64,000 nucleotides of DNA from contig JAKABW010000001.1 of the NCBI GenBank assembly GCA_021796535.1, positions 128,659-192,658 on the forward strand. The letters run 5' to 3'. Positions 57,353 to 64,000 of this stretch are shown here, piece by piece. The stretch is from Actinomycetes bacterium (GTDB taxonomy: Bacteria > Actinomycetota > Acidimicrobiia > Acidimicrobiales > Bog-793). The translations under genes were made by a program, and so were the position numbers. The notes beneath the pieces are model-generated. The model was not told the origin of the DNA. It made no database searches and saw only the letters and a list, made by a program, of their open reading frames with translations. Position 1 is the stretch's first letter. Every line of letters begins with the position of its first letter.

Positions 57353-59476
57353 ATGACATCAAATCAACCGCCAATATATAACGGCCGTTATGAGTTGCGA
57401 AGCCAAATTGCCCGCGGGGGTACCGCCCAGGTGTATCTGGCACGCGATTTGGTATTGGACAGACCTGTGGCTTTAAAAGTTTTGTTTCCCGAATTTGCCA
57501 CCGACCATTTATTCGTCGAAAGGTTCAGGCGGGAAGCGCAGGCTGCGGCCAACCTTTCGCATCCAAATATAGTCCCCGTCTTTGACTGGGGAGAATCCGA
57601 TTCCAGCTACTTTATCGTGATGGAGTACATAGACGGTGAACCCCTGTCGGCAATTATCAAAGCGGAAGCTCCTTTGGCGACGGCACAGGCTGCATCCATC
57701 GGCATAGGAATTGCCAAAGCTCTCTCCTATGCCCACAGACACGGAGTGGTGCACAGGGACGTCAAGCCGAGCAATGTCCTAATTACCACGGACGGTCAGG
57801 TGAAGGTGACCGATTTCGGCATAGCCAGAGCCATAGGTTCGGATGAACAGGTCACTCAAACGGGACTCGTCATGGGAACGGCCACATACTTTTCGCCGGA
57901 GCAAGCCCAAGGGCTGCCGGTTGACGGACGCAGCGACATTTATTCCCTCGGCGTGGTTCTTTATGAGATGGTGACGGGTCAGCCGCCTTTCTCGGGCGAC
58001 AACCCCGTTGCCATAGCGTACCAGCACGTCAGAGAACAGCCGCCGATGCCGCGCTCTTTGGTTCCGGAGATTCCTGTCGATTTAGAGACCATCATAATGC
58101 AGGCCATGGCCAAAATTCCCGGCGAGCGTTACGGTACGGCTCAGGAACTTCAGGCAGACTTGGAAAGGTTTGTCCAGGGCATAAGAGTTGCAGCGATGCC
58201 TGCTCCGGCGGCAACCGAGGCGATATCGCAAACCACTGTCGCAAGCGATCAAACCCAACTTTTGCAGAAAGCAGAAAGCCCGTCCAGACCCCCGGATGCC
58301 ACCATTGCAGCGCCTGTACTGCGGGAAGAAGCTGTAAAACCGAAAGTAAAGACCAACGCGGCGCGGTGGGCTTCGGCAGCCGTGGTACTGCTTTTACTCT
58401 TGGGTCTCATAGGCTATTTCGGAGGACGGAATTTAGGTTACTTCGGAGGTACCAAGTTTACCAAAGTGCCAGATCTCGTAGGTAAAAATAGATCGGCGGC
58501 CGTCGCAATATTGCGCAATGACGGCTTGCAGCCCGTCGTCAGTTTCGGGAAACCCTCCAAAGTCGACGCGGGAAAGGTGTCTGCACAAAATCCGAAAGCT
58601 TATTCCGAAGTCCGCAGCGGCGGTCAGGTAGCCATTGTCATAGCCTCTTTGGAAAAGATAAAAAATATAAAAGTTCCCCGGCTAAAGGGAGACAACGAAT
58701 TGCAGGCATCAAACCAGCTCATAAGTGACGGCTTCAAAGTCAAAGTGCATTTGGTTCCCGCATCCTCCTCTTCGGAGAAACAGGGAACGGTTATAGGGCA
58801 AAATCCCTCAGCCGGATCGATGAAGCCGCAGCGCTCTACCGTTGTGCTTACGGTGATCGAAGGCGCCAACCAAATCCCCGTTCCCAATCTGACCAACATG
58901 TCGCAATTGGAAGCCGGAGCCGACATATCGAAAGACAAGTTTGTTTTGGGGAACGTCACCTATCAATTTTCTTCTGCGGTGACAAGGAATAACGTAATTT
59001 CCACTTCGCCGGCTGCCGGCGTCAAGGTATTCCCGGGATCGACCATCAACCTCGTCATTTCCAAAGGCGCGGGAGTCACCATACCTCCGCTTACCGGATA
59101 TTCGTTTGCCCAGGCTACGCAAGCCCTCCAGTCGATAGGGATTTCCAGGATACAGGAACGCTATGCTCCCACGGCGATAGCCGGAGCTATAGGAAACGTT
59201 CTTTATACCTCCCCGGCGGCGGGACGCGTGGTTCCCCCGGGGTCACAAATCATAGTGGTGATAGGAATTCAAAGCAATTCCAGCACGACGACGGCCGTTC
59301 CCTCCAATTCGGGAAGTTCCGGCACGCGGGGAAGTTCCGGCACGCAGGGAAGTTCCGGCAATTCCGGCACGACGACGACAACGACGACAACGACGACGAC
59401 AACTCTACCCTCCAATTCCGGCACGACGACGACCGGTCCCGGCCCCGGATTTGTTCCGCCGGGTCATGCCAAGTAG
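57353..59476 (+). CDS. pknB: Ser/Thr protein kinase with four PASTA repeats (PknB-like)
   Basis: Hanks motifs (IARGGTAQVY, VALKV, HRDVKPSNV, DFGIA, SPEQ), a TM helix, four PASTA units, and a Ser/Gly/Thr-rich tail. Confidence 0.92.
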   Translation: MTSNQPPIYNGRYELRSQIARGGTAQVYLARDLVLDRPVALKVLFPEFATDHLFVERFRREAQAAANLSHPNIVPVFDWGESDSSYFIVMEYIDGEPLSAIIKAEAPLATAQAASIGIGIAKALSYAHRHGVVHRDVKPSNVLITTDGQVKVTDFGIARAIGSDEQVTQTGLVMGTATYFSPEQAQGLPVDGRSDIYSLGVVLYEMVTGQPPFSGDNPVAIAYQHVREQPPMPRSLVPEIPVDLETIIMQAMAKIPGERYGTAQELQADLERFVQGIRVAAMPAPAATEAISQTTVASDQTQLLQKAESPSRPPDATIAAPVLREEAVKPKVKTNAARWASAAVVLLLLLGLIGYFGGRNLGYFGGTKFTKVPDLVGKNRSAAVAILRNDGLQPVVSFGKPSKVDAGKVSAQNPKAYSEVRSGGQVAIVIASLEKIKNIKVPRLKGDNELQASNQLISDGFKVKVHLVPASSSSEKQGTVIGQNPSAGSMKPQRSTVVLTVIEGANQIPVPNLTNMSQLEAGADISKDKFVLGNVTYQFSSAVTRNNVISTSPAAGVKVFPGSTINLVISKGAGVTIPPLTGYSFAQATQALQSIGISRIQERYAPTAIAGAIGNVLYTSPAAGRVVPPGSQIIVVIGIQSNSSTTTAVPSNSGSSGTRGSSGTQGSSGNSGTTTTTTTTTTTTLPSNSGTTTTGPGPGFVPPGHAK
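59311..59404 (+). repeat. In-frame microsatellites at the pknB 3' end
   Basis: An 18-nt unit GGGAAGTTCCGGCACGC(g/a) x2.7 occupies 59311-59360. An (ACG/ACA/ACT)12 run at 59369-59404 encodes Thr12. Confidence 0.9.
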
Positions 59477-59506
59477 CTGTCTTTGGCAAAGCAGGGATGA
59501 GTCAAT

Positions 59507-59531
59507 AAAACCGCCTGGTTCAAGCGGTTTT
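59507..59531. terminator. Bidirectional terminator between pknB and the GATase gene
   Basis: AAAACCGC-ctggttcaa-GCGGTTTT. It overlaps the stop codon of the minus-strand gene. Confidence 0.7.
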
Positions 59532-60116
59532 ATTTAGTGTGACCTGTTTTAAAAAATTACCTATTAATTCATGGCCGCTTTTTGTCAGTATGGATTCCGG
59601 ATGGAATTGTACGCCCTCAATCGGAAGCTCTCTGTGTCTCACGCCCATGATGACGCCGTCGGCGGCGGTCGCCGAGACCTCCAGAATTGCCGGAACACTT
59701 TCCGGCTCTATGACCAGGGAGTGGTAGCGCGTGGCTTCCAAAGGATTTGCGATATCCGAAAATATGCCGCGGCTGTCATGCCGGACCAAGGACGTTTTTC
59801 CGTGCATGATTTCGGGGGCCCGCACTATATTTCCGCCAAACAGCTCGCCTATGCACTGATGCCCAAGGCATACCCCAAGCACAGGCACTTTACGGGATCC
59901 AAAGTAGTAGATAGCTTCCATACTGATTCCGGAGTCGGAAGGTCTCCCCGGCCCCGGAGAAATCAGGACTCCGTCGGGACGGAGTTCCTGTAATTCCTGG
60001 ACGCTCAGACGGTCGTTTCTTACCGTAAAAGGATCAGCCCCCAGTTCTCCGAGATACTGAACCAAGTTGTAAACAAAACTGTCGTAATTGTCGATAACCA
60101 ATATTTTTCCTATCAT
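59520..60116 (-). CDS. trpG: Anthranilate/aminodeoxychorismate synthase glutamine amidotransferase component
   Basis: Class I GATase triad context GVCLGHQC and VQFHPES. It occupies the same position as Rv0013 next to pknB in mycobacteria. Confidence 0.85.
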   Translation of the reverse strand: MIGKILVIDNYDSFVYNLVQYLGELGADPFTVRNDRLSVQELQELRPDGVLISPGPGRPSDSGISMEAIYYFGSRKVPVLGVCLGHQCIGELFGGNIVRAPEIMHGKTSLVRHDSRGIFSDIANPLEATRYHSLVIEPESVPAILEVSATAADGVIMGVRHRELPIEGVQFHPESILTKSGHELIGNFLKQVTLNKTA

Positions 60117-60165
60117 ATTTAAAGGTTAGCCGTATTTCTGCCATAAAGATGGCTAATCTTATAGT

Positions 60166-60507
60166 ATGACTGTGAGGGCCAAGGCAAAAAGTAAATTAAT
60201 CCAGAAGAACGTGACCGTCAATTCCGATACGTCTTCCGATCCGTTTGACCCCTCTTTTTCAAAGAGGCGATCCGTAAAGAAGTCCGTCAGCAGGAACGAC
60301 GGCCGTTATACGGCGCCTATACCAAAATCTGTGAAAAAAAGTCCCAGATGGTATCCGGTGGTTTTGCTGGCTCTCCTCTTTCTGGGAGTCTTGGTCATCA
60401 TTTTGAATTTTGTGGGCTCTTTGCCTTCCAGCCCGACCAACTGGTACACCTTGGTGGGTCTGGTCTTGATCCTTGTTTCCGTGGTGATGGCAACCCGTTA
60501 TAGGTAA
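60166..60507 (+). CDS. crgA: Cell division protein CrgA
   Basis: Basic N-terminus, SPRWYPVV, two TM helices and an ending MATRYR. The position is conserved. Confidence 0.8.
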   Translation: MTVRAKAKSKLIQKNVTVNSDTSSDPFDPSFSKRRSVKKSVSRNDGRYTAPIPKSVKKSPRWYPVVLLALLFLGVLVIILNFVGSLPSSPTNWYTLVGLVLILVSVVMATRYR

Positions 60508-60580
60508 TACGCAAGAACCGCCTTTGCTTTCCGGGTGAGGTTTCGAGCGGCAGGCATGCGGGAGTGTTTAAGAGCAATTC

Positions 60581-62920
60581 CTATTCTCTGTCGGTCACTT
60601 CCAGATAAGTAGGCAGATACATGCGGGACTTATAGGAAATATCGGATACATCCAAATCCAAAAGGTTGTTTATTTGCAGTTTTTTGCCGCCGGTTGACCC
60701 AATAATTTGAGCGGGGATGCCGTGTCTTTCAGCCAGTGCGGTGAGGATTTCCGGAAATTTTGTGCAGACAATGACACGGGAAGGCGATTCCGAAAAAAGA
60801 TCTGCAGTTGTGTTTATACCCGTGATCTCGGCTCCGCATTGCGATTTAATAGCCATTTCACAAAGCGCAAGGGCGATACCCCCAAAAGATACATCATGGA
60901 TATGGGTGACCAAATCGCCAGCTACGCCGGGCAGCTCTTTGAGGATATTTTTTGAGCCTCCGATCTGGGACCCCACCAATTCGGTGATAAAGCCGATCAG
61001 TCTCTTATGAAAGTTCATGTCAAGGTGCGGCAGGGTACAGGCATGGGGGGAGGGAGAAGAGTTTTCGTAAAGCCGGGCTGCGGCGGAGCCGCACAGATTT
61101 TGCTCCGTCGTTCCCAACAAAATAAGGGTTTCGCCGGGAGTCAAACCGATGACTGGGGGTTGTTTGTCGATGTTTTCGATGAGTCCCACCACGGCCACCA
61201 CGGGCGTCGGCAAGATATCTTTGCCTTCGCTGGCGTTGTAAAGGGAGACGTTCCCGCCCACTACCGGTATGTCGAGTTGTTTGCAAGCTTCCGACATGCC
61301 GTCTATGGATTCCGAGAGTTGCCACATTACCTCGCCGTGTTCGGGATTTCCGAAATTTAAGCAATTGACCAAGCCTATGGGCTCTGCACCCGTGCAGGCG
61401 ACATTCAACGCCGATTCGGCAACGGTAATGGCTGTGCCCAATCGCGGATTTATCGCACAGTAGTTGGGATTTGCGTCCGAGGAAAGGGCGAGAGCCTTTC
61501 CTGTGAAAGCTATATCCGGCGTTGACAATTTCAGCACCGCCGCATCAGCTTCGCCGGGTCCGCAGATGGTATTTGTAAATAATTGGTGGTCGTACTGCTC
61601 GTAGACGAAAGAAGGATCAAAAAGAAGTTTTAAGACGGCATCATTCCCATTTATCTCATGGGAGTGCCGAGAATCCGTCGAATGGTTGTCCGCCGATCGG
61701 GAGGTCGGAGAGATCAGATCCTGCAGTTCGCCAAGCGGTTGAGGGGGAGTGATTTTCCGGTTGTACTTGGGCGCTTCGTCTGCCAAAGTTGCAGCCGGCA
61801 TGTCGGCCAGAACTTTTCCGCCGGATTCCGAGAGAATGCGCAATTGGCTGAGGCAGTCGGCGTTGTCCGGCACGATTCGACCTATGACGCTTGCCTGTAC
61901 TTCAAGCTTTTGGCATATTTTTTGGACGCTTTCAAAATCATCGGGTTTGACTATGGCCAGCATCCGTTCCTGGCTTTCGCTGGTCATGATTTCCGGCGGC
62001 GTCATGTCGGCTTCCCGCAGCGGTATCTCAGAAAGGTAAACGTCCATGGCGACTCTGCCTCTTGCAGCCAATTCACTGGTGGCACAAGCCAGACCGGCTC
62101 CGCCCAAGTCCTGAATCGCCACCACTAAGTGGGCGTCAAGAAGAGCAAGGGAGGCTTCGATCAGGCGTTTTTCTTCGTAGGGGTCCCCCACCTGGACACT
62201 CGGTCTTTTGGATGCGCTCTGTGAAGCGTTGCCGTCTGCGCCTTCTTCGTCTCCGAAGGCGGCAGAAGCCAGTATGCTCACCCCGCCGATGCCGTCGCGA
62301 CCGGTGGAAGATCCCAGCAATACCACCAAGTTGCCCACTCCGGAAGCGCGTCCCAGGACGAGACGGTCTTTGGGCAGTATCCCCAAACAAAACACGTTGA
62401 CAAGCGGATTTTGGTTGTAGCAGGCATCAAAGACAAGGTTGCCGCCCACGGTGGGAACCCCCACCGAATTGCCGTATCCGGAAATGCCCTTTACGATTCC
62501 GTCCAAAAGATAGGCATTGTGCGGTTTTTCCGGGAATCCGGTGAAAAGGGGATCCATCAAAGCGATGGGGCGCGCACCCATGGTGAAAATGTCTCTTATG
62601 ATGCCTCCGGCCCCCGTGGCAGCTCCCTGATAAGGTTCTACGGCCGAAGGGTGATTGTGGCTTTCGATTCTTATTGCTATGGCGATATTGTCGCCCACGT
62701 CTATCACGCCGGCGTTCTCTCCGGGCCCGACAAGCACCCGGGGGGACTCTGAAGGCAGCCTGCCGAGGTGGATGCGCGATGACTTGTAGGAGCAATGCTC
62801 GCTCCACATCACGGAGTACATAGCCAGTTCCAGATCGTTTGGCTCTCTGCCGAGTTTTTCTTTGACCAAGTCAAATTCGTCGTCGGTTAAACCCAAGAGG
62901 ATGTGCTTTTTTTCCATCAA
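60581..62920 (-). CDS. purL: Phosphoribosylformylglycinamidine synthase subunit PurL
   Basis: ELAMYSVMWSEHCSYKSS, ESHNHPS and the duplicated PurM-like domains. 779 aa. Confidence 0.95.
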   Translation of the reverse strand: MMEKKHILLGLTDDEFDLVKEKLGREPNDLELAMYSVMWSEHCSYKSSRIHLGRLPSESPRVLVGPGENAGVIDVGDNIAIAIRIESHNHPSAVEPYQGAATGAGGIIRDIFTMGARPIALMDPLFTGFPEKPHNAYLLDGIVKGISGYGNSVGVPTVGGNLVFDACYNQNPLVNVFCLGILPKDRLVLGRASGVGNLVVLLGSSTGRDGIGGVSILASAAFGDEEGADGNASQSASKRPSVQVGDPYEEKRLIEASLALLDAHLVVAIQDLGGAGLACATSELAARGRVAMDVYLSEIPLREADMTPPEIMTSESQERMLAIVKPDDFESVQKICQKLEVQASVIGRIVPDNADCLSQLRILSESGGKVLADMPAATLADEAPKYNRKITPPQPLGELQDLISPTSRSADNHSTDSRHSHEINGNDAVLKLLFDPSFVYEQYDHQLFTNTICGPGEADAAVLKLSTPDIAFTGKALALSSDANPNYCAINPRLGTAITVAESALNVACTGAEPIGLVNCLNFGNPEHGEVMWQLSESIDGMSEACKQLDIPVVGGNVSLYNASEGKDILPTPVVAVVGLIENIDKQPPVIGLTPGETLILLGTTEQNLCGSAAARLYENSSPSPHACTLPHLDMNFHKRLIGFITELVGSQIGGSKNILKELPGVAGDLVTHIHDVSFGGIALALCEMAIKSQCGAEITGINTTADLFSESPSRVIVCTKFPEILTALAERHGIPAQIIGSTGGKKLQINNLLDLDVSDISYKSRMYLPTYLEVTDRE

Positions 62921-63025
62921 TGACTACTCTTTCGATAAGCGTCGGTCTTGTCAATTTTTCGCCTGCCGTGACACAGGGCATAAAGAGAGTTTTCATGCCT
63001 TCTGTTTGCAAAAACCGTGTTCATA

Positions 63026-63700
63026 TTATTTCGATGCCTCAATAAAGGATCTCAACAGGACTTGTCCGTCCGTAGAGCCGAGGAGCGGGTCCGTCGCTCT
63101 TTCCGGGTGCGGCATAAGCCCCACGACGTTGCCGGCTTTGTTGGAAATCCCGGCGATTTGTTCGACGGAACCGTTTACGTCTTCCGTATAAGTCAGAACC
63201 GCCAAGTTATTTTCTCGCAGATATTTAAGGGTTTCTTCGTCACAGACGTAGTTGCCCTCTCCGTGGTTTATGGGCAAATGCAACGTTTGCCCGGCAACGG
63301 CGGCTGAGGTGAGAACCGAGCCGGAAGTTTTTACGACGCAGGACACAGTTTTGCAGATAAATCTCATCCGGTCATTTTTACTCAAAGCTCCCGGCAGAAG
63401 ACCGCATTCGGTGAGGACTTGGAAACCGTTGCATATGCCGATAACGGGTCCGCCTGATTCGGCGAATTTAATTACTTGTTCCATTATCGGCGAAAATCTT
63501 GCGATGGCTCCCGGCCTCAAGTAGTCTCCGTGGGCAAAACCGCCCGGCAAGACAATTCCGCTGCACGAGCCCAAGTCACTTTCCTGGTGCCAGATCAATT
63601 CCGCGTCGGCTCCGAGAAAATTGAGTTGTTTCAGGACATCATATTCGCAGTTGGTGCCCGGAAAAGTTACTATTTTGATTATTGGGTCCATAATTATCAC
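63026..63700 (-). CDS. purQ: Phosphoribosylformylglycinamidine synthase glutaminase subunit PurQ
   Basis: FPGTNCEYD, GICNGFQ and MPHPER. Confidence 0.92.
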   Translation of the reverse strand: MIIMDPIIKIVTFPGTNCEYDVLKQLNFLGADAELIWHQESDLGSCSGIVLPGGFAHGDYLRPGAIARFSPIMEQVIKFAESGGPVIGICNGFQVLTECGLLPGALSKNDRMRFICKTVSCVVKTSGSVLTSAAVAGQTLHLPINHGEGNYVCDEETLKYLRENNLAVLTYTEDVNGSVEQIAGISNKAGNVVGLMPHPERATDPLLGSTDGQVLLRSFIEASK

Positions 63701-63743
63701 CTCATACCGGTAAATTTTGAAGTCAATCTATCCCTGCCAAAGG

Positions 63744-64000
63744 TCAGTTGCCGCTTTGGGAAATCTGTATTTCAGAGTATTCCATAACAGGATTTACCAG
63801 AAGTTTTTGGCATATCTCCTCCGTGATGCTGCGGGCTTTTTCCGGGTGATCTGCTTCCAGGGTGAAGTTGATGACTTTACCGGCTCTTACCTTGGTAACC
63901 CGATCAAATGACAGTGCCGCCAGAGCGCGCTCGACAGCTTTGCCTTCCGGATTTGCTATCGCATCCAAAGGTTTGACGATAACTTGGACTTTGTATTCCA
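63744..64000 (-). CDS. purS: PurS (FGAM synthase subunit); the 5' end probably lies beyond the window edge
   Basis: The frame continues upstream of the ORF-track start as YKVQVIVKPLDAIANPEGKAVERAL, which is typical of a PurS N-terminus. purS-purQ-purL gene order. Confidence 0.8.
   Translation of the reverse strand, partial: EYKVQVIVKPLDAIANPEGKAVERALAALSFDRVTKVRAGKVINFTLEADHPEKARSITEEICQKLLVNPVMEYSEIQISQSGN

Overview
This is a gene-dense chromosomal segment of about 50% GC. I call roughly 60 CDS, 3 tRNAs and an SRP RNA. Gene content and local synteny look actinobacterial: tRNA-Leu/fhaA/fhaB/pstP/pbpA/pknB/trpG-like/crgA, tRNA-Ser/ffs/dnaX/ybaB/recR, plus PAC2, a MarP-like protease, a GpgS-like GT, HemQ and a standalone CIRCE-controlled groEL. 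Most of the window is core housekeeping: proS, aspS, ask-asd, two cyclophilins, pyrE, ahcY, tadA, pccB, groEL, aconitase, sodA, purLQS and trehalose genes. All product calls come from reading motifs in the supplied translations, because no database search was possible. Many start codons are uncertain.

Five things stand out:
1. A well-matching SAM-I riboswitch (37839-37939, minus strand) sits in front of a ThrC-like PLP enzyme and a CysO-like sulfur-carrier protein ending in GG. This suggests a protein-thiocarboxylate route to homocysteine.
2. A translationally coupled ParM-like actin plus RHH adaptor cassette (50792-52158) lies on the 3' side of tRNA-Leu. It is divergent from a coiled-coil protein with a degenerate LytM domain and is flanked by short iterated motifs.
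3. The conserved fhaA-pknB cell-wall signalling cluster has no rodA and no pknA.
4. A 64-bp tandem repeat (4463-4640) carries promoter-like elements in each copy.
5. A 36-bp repeat, 36-bp spacer, 36-bp repeat unit with a G9 tract overlaps the 3' end of a permease gene, upstream of a VIT1-family gene.

I saw no cas genes, integrase, transposase or recognisable defence system.
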